Positions 1-11,581 of a DNA stretch of 64,000 nucleotides are shown here, piece after piece (position 1 is the first letter of the stretch; each line of letters begins with the position of its first letter). Origin of the DNA: Nitrosopumilus sp. (GTDB lineage Archaea; Thermoproteota; Nitrososphaeria; Nitrososphaerales; Nitrosopumilaceae); NCBI GenBank assembly GCA_965207445.1, contig CBDBLX010000002.1, positions 1,431,849 to 1,495,848 of the forward strand, given 5' to 3'. Made by a program: the position numbers and the translations under genes. The notes beneath the pieces are model-generated. The model did no database searches. It had not been told where the DNA came from and saw nothing but the letters and a program-made list of their open reading frames with translations.

Positions 1-707
1 ATAATATGAGGTAAACTGTTTATTTTACTCATATCACATAATGGTGGGTTTTGTGTCCTATGTGATAGTGCCTTCCAATCATTTGTTATCCAGACATCTG
101 TACTTGCAGCAGTACCATATCCCTTGGCTGCGCGTCGCTCTACATTTGTGATCTCACCTTTTTTTGATAAAAATGGCTTTTCATACACCTCATAGTGATG
201 ATAAAACAAGTATGCGCAGTTTTGCCATGTGCAGTGATGTCTGCATGTGTCTTGAGGTATTCGTTGCATCAAATAGTAATGGTTAGTCTTTGTCAAATCA
301 ACAGTCAATTCATTGCTATTATGATGAATTGTGGTTTTTCTAATAGGAGGCATGATACCGGTATTTTCATTATATTCGCCTCTATACACGGCACTATAAT
401 TCAAATTTAGATTGCTAGTCTCTATAATAGGCGTATGCAAAGAACACGAACCGGGATCAGTAATATCTGAATATCGTATCAGATAGTAATAACCATCTCC
501 AGGATAATACGTACCATCAGGATTCTGCCTTGATTCATTTAAATATGTAATAGGATAACGTTCAGTCTTTATTGAAAAAAGACATTTTGTAGCACTGTGG
601 TCAGCATGTGCCATATCAATAATGATATGAATTTCAAATATGATTATGAATAATAAAATGATAATAATAATAATAGTTGCAATACCCCCAATAGTGTAAA
701 GATGCAC
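1..707 (-). CDS. Partial membrane-anchored/secreted hypothetical protein, running off the window start
   Basis: Manually read open frame: VHLYTIGGIATIIIIIILLFIIIFEIHIIIDMAHADHSATKCLF...YEKPFLSKKGEITNVERR...; hydrophobic N-terminus. Start uncertain (GTG 707 or ATG 614). Not in the ORF track because no stop lies in the window. Confidence 0.6.
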   Translation of the reverse strand, partial: MHLYTIGGIATIIIIIILLFIIIFEIHIIIDMAHADHSATKCLFSIKTERYPITYLNESRQNPDGTYYPGDGYYYLIRYSDITDPGSCSLHTPIIETSNLNLNYSAVYRGEYNENTGIMPPIRKTTIHHNSNELTVDLTKTNHYYLMQRIPQDTCRHHCTWQNCAYLFYHHYEVYEKPFLSKKGEITNVERRAAKGYGTAASTDVWITNDWKALSHRTQNPPLCDMSKINSLPHI

Positions 708-912
708 ATTTACAATATTTGAAATGCTAAAAAGATGAAAAAATGAACCGATGTTTCATTTGTATATAATGTATCTTTGCCAAGCCATCATACAACAAAG
801 TAATAAAAAATCAATTATATGATTTGTATATAATTTGGATATAATTTGGATATAATAAATAAACAAAAAATAAAACAGAATAAATAAGAACAAGTATTTT
901 CAAATCATTTAT

Positions 913-1251
913 TTAATTATTTTTTGTTCTCAAAGTATCGACCATAACGTGAGTATATTCACCGGCTCCCTCTATTTTGAGTTCTACTGTTTTACCGATC
1001 CATTGTGCAGTATCCTCCCCAAATATTTGTATGAGGGCATTACGACTCTTGTTGTTCAGAGACCAGTTCTTGGGGTCATCTGAGCGTTGTCCACCATATT
1101 CTATTCCTAGTGAGATTTTTTCAACCTCTTTACCATTCTGATCAAACTTTACATATTCACCTTCACTGGTGATAGTTATGGCAGTAATTCGGTTTTCTTG
1201 CACAAACTTGGCAGTAAGATGATTTCGCATTGGTACAGGTTTTACAAGCAT
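913..1251 (-). CDS. Hypothetical protein, possibly an OB-fold ssDNA-binding protein of mobile-element type
   Basis: 112 aa; motif LNNKSRNALIQIFGEDTAQWIGKTVELKI resembles phage/plasmid SSB-like proteins. GGAGGTGA SD-like sequence upstream. Confidence 0.5.
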   Translation of the reverse strand: MLVKPVPMRNHLTAKFVQENRITAITITSEGEYVKFDQNGKEVEKISLGIEYGGQRSDDPKNWSLNNKSRNALIQIFGEDTAQWIGKTVELKIEGAGEYTHVMVDTLRTKNN

Positions 1252-1411
1252 GTGTTTCTTTCACCTCCTCCGACTGTAGTCCCCGCCGGCAAGCTCTTGT
1301 TTACAACATAACAAGCCAAATGTGAGATTGTACTTGCGTTTTTTTCTAGTATTGTTTTGGATGTACGCCATACATAATGTAGTATTTGAGAGTACAGTGA
1401 TCGTATCATCA

Positions 1412-1579
1412 TTATGGCTTGACCTCTTTATTTTTTTTGATATTGTCTAATTTGTCACGCAAAGCCAAATCTGTGAATTGTGTAATGTTTGTTATAGTGT
1501 TATCAACTTCCAAATATGATTCTATTTTCTTTATTAGAGCAGTACGTACAGCCACAGTACGCCATAATCTTTCACTCAT
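1412..1579 (-). CDS. Small ribbon-helix-helix (CopG-like) DNA-binding protein
   Basis: Manually translated 55 aa MSERLWRTVAVRTALIRKIESYLEVDNTITNITQFTDLALRDKLDNIKKNKEVKP: strand-helix-helix pattern; below the ORF-track size cutoff. Confidence 0.55.
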   Translation of the reverse strand: MSERLWRTVAVRTALIKKIESYLEVDNTITNITQFTDLALRDKLDNIKKNKEVKP

Positions 1580-1639
1580 ACAAGATACTAGTGAATATTA
1601 TAAAAGGCAAAGATGAGTGTATGTTGAATTTTTACTAGT

Positions 1640-2083
1640 ATGATAATAATGAGTTTGAGAATCATGACATCTAGACGTCAGTTATGCTATTTGTGCGATG
1701 AAATTACCACCACACAAGTCATGAGGCTTAAAAATTCCTCTACAATTACATACATGCAAAAAGACGATGTCATGATATTTTATATCAAAATAGCAAATAT
1801 AGATACAAAAAAGACGACACTAGATGTAAAAAAGATAGCAGGTGAGTTGGAGATTACAACAGATATGATAAGATGTATGATAGATGAGAATAAATCCCTC
1901 TTTGAGATACGACGTTCAGACATTAGACTGATAGAACAGGTCAAGTCAAATACCATTTTGGTTAACTTTTTTTATTATTATGATGGGTGTGATGGTGATT
2001 TGCACTGGGGCAAGCAAGGTGCACTTACACAAATTCTCATAGAGTCTGATCACTGTCAATCCATTATCAAGGCACTAGTGTAA
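1640..2083 (+). CDS. Hypothetical protein
   Basis: 147-aa ORF divergent from the RHH gene; no family recognised. Confidence 0.5.
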   Translation: MIIMSLRIMTSRRQLCYLCDEITTTQVMRLKNSSTITYMQKDDVMIFYIKIANIDTKKTTLDVKKIAGELEITTDMIRCMIDENKSLFEIRRSDIRLIEQVKSNTILVNFFYYYDGCDGDLHWGKQGALTQILIESDHCQSIIKALV

Positions 2084-2404
2084 AGTCAGATTAATCATAA
2101 AAAATAGTTCAAAGAAAATATTGTACAAGAGTATTTTATCAATTCAAATATTTGATTTGACGTATCTCAAACAACAACAACAAAAATAAATGTATATGAT
2201 TATATGCTATGTACAATATCAAGACAAGTCACATGATCGGATGTAAATACATATCAGTACTATTATTACCACCAGTACTATATTACCACCACAATCATTA
2301 CCACTGCCACCATCATCAATATTATTCAACATAAACAGCAAAGAGATAATTCCTTTTTAAAAAAGAATTATCTCTAAATTTTTCTTTATATGTATAAATA
2401 ACTG

Positions 2405-2830
2405 TTATGTGTGACCAAACCAAAACGCTTTGTTATTCTGCGTAACTATTGTAATTGATGTACCACTGTCACTACAAGTAATACGGCTAATTTTCCCAAT
2501 TAATAGTGGTGCTGAAAATATCTCATCATTTAATTTACAGGTACGTTTTGATTCAATACCATTTATGAATATTTTATCAACTACAATATCATGATTGCCA
2601 ATATTGATAACATCTATGATAGTGTTGTTATCATGTGTGATAATCGCAGGTGATGTGGTAATAATCTCTATTAGTTTGAGATCTTCTTGTGTCTGTATTT
2701 TTAACGTGTTGATTTTATCTTGCTGTGATAGTGTAAATGTAGAGACATCATCTATCATTGTATCATATATAACAACAAAAAATACACCAACCACACCAAA
2801 CAGTAATAGAAATTGTATAATTTGATTCAT
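2405..2830 (-). CDS. Pilin/FlaF-FlaG-like surface protein
   Basis: N-terminal TM helix, then beta-rich domain with IDVINIGNHDIVVDKIFING (N-x-G motif of archaeal pilin/archaellum accessory folds); start overlaps the upstream stop codon. Confidence 0.55.
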   Translation of the reverse strand: MNQIIQFLLLFGVVGVFFVVIYDTMIDDVSTFTLSQQDKINTLKIQTQEDLKLIEIITTSPAIITHDNNTIIDVINIGNHDIVVDKIFINGIESKRTCKLNDEIFSAPLLIGKISRITCSDSGTSITIVTQNNKAFWFGHT

Positions 2831-3366
2831 TATACTGCCTCACAAAATGTACTTTGTGTATCTTTGATTGCTTGGACAAGTATGATTGATTTAGGTGATA
2901 TTGTAATTGTTGCAGGTAGTGTATTTTTTGGTGTTATTATGGTATTTTGTTGCGGCTCAATTTTACTGCCAACACCACTAGATAATTCAAAGAGAGTCGA
3001 GGTTTTAGATGTCTGCATAATAGAGCTTCCATTTACATGCATGATATCATAATAATCAATTATAGTATACCCTGTATTTTTTATCTCAATATGTGTCCAG
3101 TATGTATCTTTATACACTAAATGTGATTTTATATTTACAGTACATTGTATATTAGATAGTAATTGTGTTTGATGTGAATCAAACCATGCATAGAGAATGG
3201 ATGTAGTTATAATGACAATACTGATCAATACTAGTACTTCGATATACCCCGATACTGCCAGTCTGGGTTTGTGTTTTGAGTTTTGTTTTGCGTTTTGTCT
3301 GCACTCAAAATGAAATAATTTATCGATAATTTTTTTGCCAAAAATTTTACCACATATGAGAGTCAT
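2830..3366 (-). CDS. Archaeal type IV pilin-like protein
   Basis: KPRLA|VSGYIEVLVLISIVIITTSILYAWF resembles a class III signal peptide; later IEIKNTG motif. Confidence 0.6.
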   Translation of the reverse strand: MTLICGKIFGKKIIDKLFHFECRQNAKQNSKHKPRLAVSGYIEVLVLISIVIITTSILYAWFDSHQTQLLSNIQCTVNIKSHLVYKDTYWTHIEIKNTGYTIIDYYDIMHVNGSSIMQTSKTSTLFELSSGVGSKIEPQQNTIITPKNTLPATITISPKSIILVQAIKDTQSTFCEAV

Positions 3367-5546
3367 TCTTTTTCAGCCTTTGTGTTGAAATAGTACTTGG
3401 TCTCTTGTTCTGTAGCCTCAAACTTGAGATATATCGCATTATCACTAGTTTGTAATAATCCATTGCCAGCACGAAAGTTAGTTACAAGTTCGATCTCAGA
3501 GTCAGTCAAGTCTAATGCCTTACCCGTAGCTAGTGCTGCTGATTGAGACATTTGCATTATAATTTTAGTATCAAATAATTCGGTTAGTTTAGAGTCACTG
3601 TCATCTAATGCGCGGTCCAAATCGCCGAACTGTTGTGTTGATAATGCAAAAATTAACGAACGCTTGCGCCCTTGTCTTGCAATATCGCCTATCTTTTTTA
3701 TTGACTGTTTGAGTTTTGTCATACGCCATGCCTCATCTAGCAATATGAACTTCCATTGTTTGGCAGGTAAAAGATTAACACGCTGCCATGCATACGCCAA
3801 TACTAATAATATTAAGAGTCCTTCGTATTCCTGACCATCTGTATGTTTTAGTGATATTATGATATGATCTGAGAATTGAGATATGTTCTCAGTGCAACCG
3901 TTTCCACTGTTTTCATTATGACTAGTATTATTATGACTAGTATCATTATGACTAGTATCATTACCCCCACTACTATCATTACACTCACAGGGCGGCAAAA
4001 ATACCTTTGATATACTACCCTCTACCAAATCACGCATGTACTTTTTTGCCTCTTGGCTACTCTTCTCATACAACTGAGTAATTGTGCTAACATTGTCACA
4101 TATTGCACGCCACTCACGTCGTACATGATTAGGTGCACTAGTTGCAACACCCACCAAATCTGCTGCCTCTACTTTGGTATCAAATAATACAAACGGATCC
4201 AATCCATATCTGTTGCCAGGTTTTATCTCTATAGCATCCAAGCCAAAATATGAGGCGTGCTCTATATATTCACCCTGAGGGTCTATTATAATACACATTG
4301 TATTGGGACGCTTTTCTAAAAACCGTTTTAGTATGATTTTATTTGTAAATGATTTGCCACTTCCAGTAGTACCTGCAGTGAATATGTTGTGATTCTTTCG
4401 CAGATTTACATCATATATAACAGGTCCTCTAGTATCCCTATTCATACCCAAAGGAATACCATTTGGAGCTTCAAGCATATCCGCAGATGAGAATGGGTAT
4501 AATATGTGTAAACTTTCTATTCCACCCAACCATGATGCACCATCACCATTGCACAGATCCGATTGTATACCAAATGATGTAGTGTATCGGATATTCATGG
4601 CATTGCAATTTCTCCGGACGGTTTTGTGTAAATCGTATAGTTCTTTTTTTGATAGAGCAAATATTGATGCTGTAATGATGAATGTGAATGTACTGGTATT
4701 TCCTAGTTCAAGTTCTTGTTTGATTGCCAATATATCTTTCATCTTTTTTTGCACATCTGCCTTTGTGGATTTTATGCCACTGTACAGTAATTCACGATGC
4801 TGCATCTTACGTAGTGCTACATCTGGTCTGATGGGTGTGATGTGTATCTGTATGCGATGAAATGTACTAAATACGTGATGTATCCATGCAGGTGGCAATA
4901 TAGTAGGTGCGCCATATATGGTGTAATTACGACCATATAATTTGGTGCCATTTATGGTACATGTATAATCACGCATATACTCTTTTTGAACTTTGATCTG
5001 TTGATGTGGCTCATCTATAGTATAGTTGAATCCTAGTCGTTCTAGAGTATCATCTAAAGGATCTATTGAATCTAGCATTACACGTGTTATCTCCATCTTT
5101 TTTTGTATAGTTTCATTTACATTATCACCATCACTTCCATATGAAACCATAATTGGTACACGTTCTAGCGTGATTGTAGCAGTATTCTCTAGCATCTTTA
5201 ATAATTCAAAGAAATCTGAGAGTTTGCGTTTTTGTCGCTCAACTGACAAAACCAAAAAGTTACTAGGGGAGATTGAATAAGAGTGATTATATTTTAACTT
5301 TTGAGTGGTGTTTTGGAAAAACATTCTAGCAAAATTATTATTGTTTTTAGTAGTGAGTGTGTTTTGGCCCACAGACAGATCCTCAAATAATTTTGCTTTG
5401 TGGTGTTTTTTAGCATGTGATTTCATGTTATTGTTCTGGTTATCGTTTCTGGGGTTGTTTTGGGGGTTGTTTTGGTTATTGTGGTGCTTGTTAACACTAT
5501 ACTTTTTGTCCTTTTTTTTTATCTTGCCTAATTTTCCAAATACCAC
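3363..5546 (-). CDS. VirB4/HerA-like ATPase (conjugation or DNA-transfer type)
   Basis: 727 aa; Walker A GTTGSGKS, IIIDPQGEY, Walker B ILLDEAW, ARQGRKR and STQQ motifs typical of VirB4/TraC/CedB ATPases. Confidence 0.85.
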   Translation of the reverse strand: MVFGKLGKIKKKDKKYSVNKHHNNQNNPQNNPRNDNQNNNMKSHAKKHHKAKLFEDLSVGQNTLTTKNNNNFARMFFQNTTQKLKYNHSYSISPSNFLVLSVERQKRKLSDFFELLKMLENTATITLERVPIMVSYGSDGDNVNETIQKKMEITRVMLDSIDPLDDTLERLGFNYTIDEPHQQIKVQKEYMRDYTCTINGTKLYGRNYTIYGAPTILPPAWIHHVFSTFHRIQIHITPIRPDVALRKMQHRELLYSGIKSTKADVQKKMKDILAIKQELELGNTSTFTFIITASIFALSKKELYDLHKTVRRNCNAMNIRYTTSFGIQSDLCNGDGASWLGGIESLHILYPFSSADMLEAPNGIPLGMNRDTRGPVIYDVNLRKNHNIFTAGTTGSGKSFTNKIILKRFLEKRPNTMCIIIDPQGEYIEHASYFGLDAIEIKPGNRYGLDPFVLFDTKVEAADLVGVATSAPNHVRREWRAICDNVSTITQLYEKSSQEAKKYMRDLVEGSISKVFLPPCECNDSSGGNDTSHNDTSHNNTSHNENSGNGCTENISQFSDHIIISLKHTDGQEYEGLLILLVLAYAWQRVNLLPAKQWKFILLDEAWRMTKLKQSIKKIGDIARQGRKRSLIFALSTQQFGDLDRALDDSDSKLTELFDTKIIMQMSQSAALATGKALDLTDSEIELVTNFRAGNGLLQTSDNAIYLKFEATEQETKYYFNTKAEKE

Positions 5547-5558
5547 ATAATCAAATAC

Positions 5559-6098
5559 TCAACGACATTTAAGCCCAAAGTTGCGTGTTTGAATGAATCT
5601 ATATGTGCGTATAAATCCAGATATGTGGATCATGGCGCATATTGTTGCAATAATGCCAAACAGTGCAAGATTCCACACATAGGGCCATATCACATAAGGA
5701 ATAAAGTAAATTATACAAAACTCAATTGATAATGTTATCAATATAATAAGAGTTGATATAGTATATTTTGAAAAATGTTCATCTCTAAATAACTGGCATC
5801 TTAAAATATATCTCTGAGTGTATCGTATGATATATTTATTTACATAACGTAGTATAGGTGATTTTTCATGCATTGATATATGATGTCCACCACGTATAAC
5901 AGTATATGATACATCCAATACACTTGTAGCAAACCAAAGTATCACCATTATAAAATACCACATATCATACAATGTATGATCAACATTTTGCTCAACAATA
6001 TTGAGATACCAACTTATCAAAGCAATCGTCAAAAAAATTACAACGAGGACATCTTTATCATAATAATAAGAAGAAGAAAAAAGGGTGATGTTGGGCAT
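5559..6098 (-). CDS. Multi-pass membrane protein
   Basis: 179 aa with about 4 hydrophobic segments; overlaps the upstream gene; same operon as the ATPase. Confidence 0.6.
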   Translation of the reverse strand: MPNITLFSSSYYYDKDVLVVIFLTIALISWYLNIVEQNVDHTLYDMWYFIMVILWFATSVLDVSYTVIRGGHHISMHEKSPILRYVNKYIIRYTQRYILRCQLFRDEHFSKYTISTLIILITLSIEFCIIYFIPYVIWPYVWNLALFGIIATICAMIHISGFIRTYRFIQTRNFGLKCR

Positions 6099-6409
6099 TA
6101 GTATCTAATCCCAATTATTATCAACATGATGAAACCAATCACAGCTACTACTATCATAACATAACCTAGTGCTTCTAGTACTGCATCTCTGATCTCACTT
6201 GGCTCATCACAGTCAGGAGTGATTCCTGCAGTCTGATTGTTGAGATCTTCTTCAGTGCACAAATTACTAAGATCAACACCAGTTGTTTCTGAGATGATCA
6301 TAGGAGCTAATGTTCCCAATATTATCAATATTGCAACGCCCATTATTCCACTTCTCAGTTTCTTCATATCTTCTGGTCCTTTTTCTGAAAGTGCCATAGT
6401 AACACACAA
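6098..6409 (-). CDS. Small two-TM protein, VirB2/CedA1 pilin-like candidate
   Basis: Two hydrophobic helices flanking an acidic loop with 2 Cys; first gene of the VirB4 cluster. Confidence 0.5.
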   Translation of the reverse strand: MCVTMALSEKGPEDMKKLRSGIMGVAILIILGTLAPMIISETTGVDLSNLCTEEDLNNQTAGITPDCDEPSEIRDAVLEALGYVMIVVAVIGFIMLIIIGIRY

Positions 6410-6682
6410 AACAATATAATAAAAGGTAATTTTTTTAGTTGTAAAATAGATGTGAATTTAAATAATTCATAATGATTTGTTTAGAAATACATTGTTAGCA
6501 TGTTATGCAAACATTTGGTCTAGAGCGTATTTCTCATAATTGCAGGGTAGCAGATAAAATTGATAAATTACATTTTCTCAGATAGACACGAGCAGATTAT
6601 ACAACAAATCAACTAGACCAAAAATATTTTTGCGTTAATTGTGTATAATCAAACCTACCCCAAATAAAGGTACAGTGTTTGA

Positions 6683-6876
6683 TAGTGTGTTGCATAACTC
6701 GATGCGCATCCTGTAGGACGACACCGTTGCAATATGATTCAGCAGGCTTGCAGGTATTCTTGTCCAGTTTACAGAGCATTTGAGTGGCTTTGAATCGTGT
6801 AACGTAGGTTGCGCAGCTCAGACCACATGGCCACGACCCCAGAGGAGTATAAATTTACGAATTATGCAACATGCTA
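6683..6876. mobile_element. MITE family A, copy 1 (~194 bp)
   Basis: TIRs TAGTGTGTTGCATAACTC / GAATTATGCAACATGCTA; flanking direct repeat GTGTTTGA at 6675-6682 and 6877-6884 (extendable to 10 bp); inverted homologue at 21486-21677. Confidence 0.85.
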
Positions 6877-6985
6877 GTGTTTGATGCAGAGTTAGATCGG
6901 TATTTTTTAAAGTACCACAAAGTTAAAGGTGAAAATTTGTCTTTTTTGGGAAGAATAGGATCATGTACGTCTAAATTTTGAATTT

Positions 6986-7354
6986 TTAGTTGGTGGTTTG
7001 TGACTTTCTTTTTGATACTTGACGCGTAGTACGTTTTGAGTCAGTGTTTTCTTTTATCATAGTAGACTGTGTTTTTAGTACATCAAGCAAGTCAGATTGC
7101 ACACCAAGCATACTATTTGTCAAGGCCTCAAGTTCTTGTATATACACATCATAATGATGGGTCATCTTTGAGAGTATCGAATCTCTTGCAGACAAATATT
7201 CGTTCATACGCAACATATTGGTAGAATCAACTATTTGTGTCACTGGGGATGGTGGTGGGCCAAGTTTGTCTAGTTGCATTCTCAAATCCGATATAATATC
7301 CCGAAGATCACTCATATGCATGCTTTCGAGTCGAGATTCTAAATCATGTGTCAA
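6986..7354 (-). CDS. Hypothetical coiled-coil protein
   Basis: 122-aa helical ORF with basic tail. Confidence 0.6.
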   Translation of the reverse strand: MTHDLESRLESMHMSDLRDIISDLRMQLDKLGPPPSPVTQIVDSTNMLRMNEYLSARDSILSKMTHHYDVYIQELEALTNSMLGVQSDLLDVLKTQSTMIKENTDSKRTTRQVSKRKSQTTN

Positions 7355-7642
7355 TGTAATAACAAGACATTGCTTGAATTAAAGATTTGCCACACATGTA
7401 GTTCTCTAGAAAACGCGACTGATGGGACTGTAGTTGGTTTTTGAAGAATCTGGGAAAAGTCACTCTTGACTAGGATCTTATCACCATCTATGAGAAATTA
7501 AGGCCTCTTTGAGTATTCCAATCTTTGCAAGAATTGGTTTTGGGATGTATGAGAAGCTAGAACCCATCACCGGCACGTATACGTATTGCACATAAGGTTA
7601 CATCAAAGATAGAGAACACGTGTACGCATATCGATCGGTGTC

Positions 7643-8726
<1,084 letters not shown>

Positions 8727-8734
<8 letters not shown>

Positions 8735-9107
8735 AATACCTCCACCAATAATGGCAAACACCAAGCAATCTACTGAAGACAGTATACGTCCGTAACTATC
8801 AAAGTATGATTGCAAGGAATTCTACGTTTTCATGAGGGCTCTACGTTGCCGCATGACATGTTACAATACGACCAAATAACAAAAATTTGCCCATCTATAT
8901 GGCCAACTCACATGATCATCTAGTCTCAACACCTAAAGTTTTACATTATATCAATTGTTAAAATTTACATGACTCATAATTTGGATTATCATACACATCA
9001 TATTACATCTAGATATAATCAATTCTGGATTATCCTCTGTGATAACATTAATTGACCCGTGCTGGCGTGCCTGCTTATGATCATCAATAATTAGACCTGA
9101 ACGCTTC
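8727..9107 (+). repeat. ~380-bp direct repeat, copy 1 (IS66-like right end)
   Basis: Near-identical to 10961-11345; ends CTGAACGCTTC (decayed TIR). Confidence 0.9.
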
Positions 9108-9166
9108 TTAACTAGTAAACTAGTATAATAGGTATCTATATATAAGAACTATGTATAAGCAATAGT

Positions 9167-9511
9167 ATGGCAACAACCACTGATGAATGTAATCAAATCG
9201 TAGATGCAAAAGTCAGTCAATTAACGAGCCAAATAGATATAGAGTTTGATAATCTAAATAGGAAAATAGACAATAACCATTTTGCACTCAAAACTGACAT
9301 AATCAGTGTAAAGACAATACTAGGTGATAAAATCGATGAAGTCGACAAAAAACTTGGTGATAAAATCGATGAAGTCGACAAAAAACTTGGTGATAAAATC
9401 GATGAAGTCGACAAAAAACTTGGTGATAAAATCGATGAAGTCGACAAAAAACTTGGTGATAAAATCGATGAAGTCATGGACATTCTACGAGGCTTACAAG
9501 GTAATAATTAA
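9167..9511 (+). CDS. 11-aa repeat coiled-coil protein (KID-repeat/Bdr-like)
   Basis: LGDKIDEVDKK encoded by a perfect 33-bp unit x4 plus a partial (9323-9475); TATA-like CTATATATAAG upstream. Confidence 0.75.
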   Translation: MATTTDECNQIVDAKVSQLTSQIDIEFDNLNRKIDNNHFALKTDIISVKTILGDKIDEVDKKLGDKIDEVDKKLGDKIDEVDKKLGDKIDEVDKKLGDKIDEVMDILRGLQGNN

Positions 9512-9573
9512 GTCAGATATTTTCTGACTGTATTCGTTTTTTCTTTCTACTAAAAGCATGACGTACACATCAA

Positions 9574-10957
9574 TAGTTCGCAATGTGTTTTATATGATTT
9601 TATTTGAATAATCTACAATGTCGTTAAACGTTGATGATTATACTTGATCAGATCAAATAGAAAGTATAATATATGGGAATATTTTAGTACCTTTTATTGA
9701 CTATGAAAAATTAGATACTAGAACATCAATATGAATTAGGACAAGTAAATTATAAAGTTTTACGAAAACGATTTGACGATCTCAGACTAGACATATCAAC
9801 CAGATATAACAGCAAGTATTGCGTGGATGATTATCTTGGTACACTTGCCACCATGGCACTTGACAACATGTGTGTAAATGCAGCAACACACAAAAGAAAA
9901 CGCAATGAGGTTAACTATTTTAGAAAAAGCGAGCGCATAAACATACCATCTGAAAATACTATGCTCAAATGCCTAAAAAGTGCAGATCTAGAGAAAGTAA
10001 AACAATGGAGTGACGAGAACGTCAAAACAATGCTCAAGAATGCCAAAAAACACAACATACTCAAAAAAGGCAAGCACTATTGCAATTGATATGACCGGAT
10101 GGGAATATTATGGCAAGGCACTCAAACCTGAGATGCTAAAAACAAAGCCCAAAAATGGTACTGCGAGATTTCATTCATTTATGACAGCACAAATGGTAAA
10201 TCAAGCCAAGGTAACATACCTTTGTTTGCACATCGTGTGACCAATAAGGATAAAATGGTCACAGTCATGTGTAAAATCATCGAAAAATTAATTCGAGAGG
10301 ATGCACGTCCGGAACTTGGCCTCTTTGATCGGGGTTTTTACAATGTTGCATGTATAGATGAACTTTTGCGCTTGCGCCTGTCTTTCATAATGCCGGCAAT
10401 TAAAAATGAGCGCATATAAAAATACATTTTAAAAGTTCACAGCAAAAAGAGAAAAACTGCATCAGTCATTGAGATGCATGATAAAAACAAAAAAGTAGCA
10501 AGTTTACATTACTTGTCATCAAAAAAAATAATGCCAAAGAAACTGATAAAACAGTCGATCAGTATGTAGCATTTGCCACAAATATGAAAATCACTAGCAA
10601 AAGCAAACTCATCAAAACCATCCGAGACCTGTGCAAGCGCTAGATAATAAAGACTGGATATATGGTGATAAAAAACACCACTCCAAAGACAACTAGCAAC
10701 GCCTTGCAGCTTTGATTACTGTTGATATTTTTTGGAATGTTATTATATGGTTTATGAGTAATGGCAAGGTACGAAAATTACTACGGACTTGTAGATGAAA
10801 AATTATTCACAATGGATGCGTTTGTAGATTCAATTGCCGAATCAATCAGAAGACTGCTTCGGTGGGAATTAGAGCACGATGATTCCTTGTCATTGTAAAT
10901 CTGCCGCAATGCATAATCAAAAATAAGATCATTAAAAATTGAGCACATTGTAAACTA
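9574..10957 (+). mobile_element. Degenerate ISH3-family (IS4-like DDE) element
   Basis: Transposase fragments IAIDMTGWEYYGK, KTKPKNGT and LFDRGFYNVACIDELL...FIMPAIKN with stops and frameshifts; imperfect TIRs TAGTTCGCAATGTG (9574-9587) / CACATTGTAAACTA (10944-10957); ~1.4 kb. Confidence 0.75.
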
Positions 10958-10960
10958 CGG

Positions 10961-11345
10961 ACATGTGAAATACATCCACCAATAATGGCAAACACCAAGC
11001 AATCTACTGAAGACAGTATACGTCCGTAACTGTCAAAGTATGATTGCAAAGAATTCTACGTTTTCATGAGGGCTCTACGTTGCCGCATGACATGTCACAA
11101 TACGACCAAATAACAAAAATTTGCCCATCTATATGGCCAACTTACCTGTGCATCATCTAGTCTCAACACCTAAAGTTTGACATCATATCAATTGCTAAAA
11201 TTTACATGACTCATAATTTGGATTATCATACACATCATATTACATCTAGATATAATCAATTCTGGATTATCCTCTGTGATAACATTAATTGACCCGTGCA
11301 GGCGTGCCTATTTATGATCATTAATAATTAGACCTGAACGGTTAC
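10961..11345 (+). repeat. ~380-bp direct repeat, copy 2 (IS66-like right end with intact TIR)
   Basis: Matches 8727-9107; ends CTGAACGGTTAC, the TIR of MITE family B. Confidence 0.9.
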
Positions 11346-11392
11346 GCTGCATTGATAAGTAAAATTATAATACACATAGGATTATTTTACCC

Positions 11393-11581
11393 ATGGCAAG
11401 AACACCGAGCAACTTGACAAAGGTGTCGGGGTCCAAGCCCGAAACCACGTCAGTCAGAACGACCACACCAGTCCACATAGCGTCCAAACTAGGAGTGGAT
11501 GTGGATGATACACTAGAGTGGGACATAGACAAGATAGATGGTAGGTGGATCGCCGTGTTCAGTAATGGAGAATCTATGTAA
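11393..11581 (+). CDS. Small AbrB/SpoVT-like DNA-binding protein
   Basis: SVRTTTPVHIASKLGVDVDDTLEWDID fits a swapped-hairpin pattern; stop overlaps the methylase start. Confidence 0.65.
   Translation: MARTPSNLTKVSGSKPETTSVRTTTPVHIASKLGVDVDDTLEWDIDKIDGRWIAVFSNGESM

Noticed and set aside
9323..9475. 33-bp repeats as a CRISPR array
   Set aside because: Contiguous with no spacers, and in frame within an ORF.
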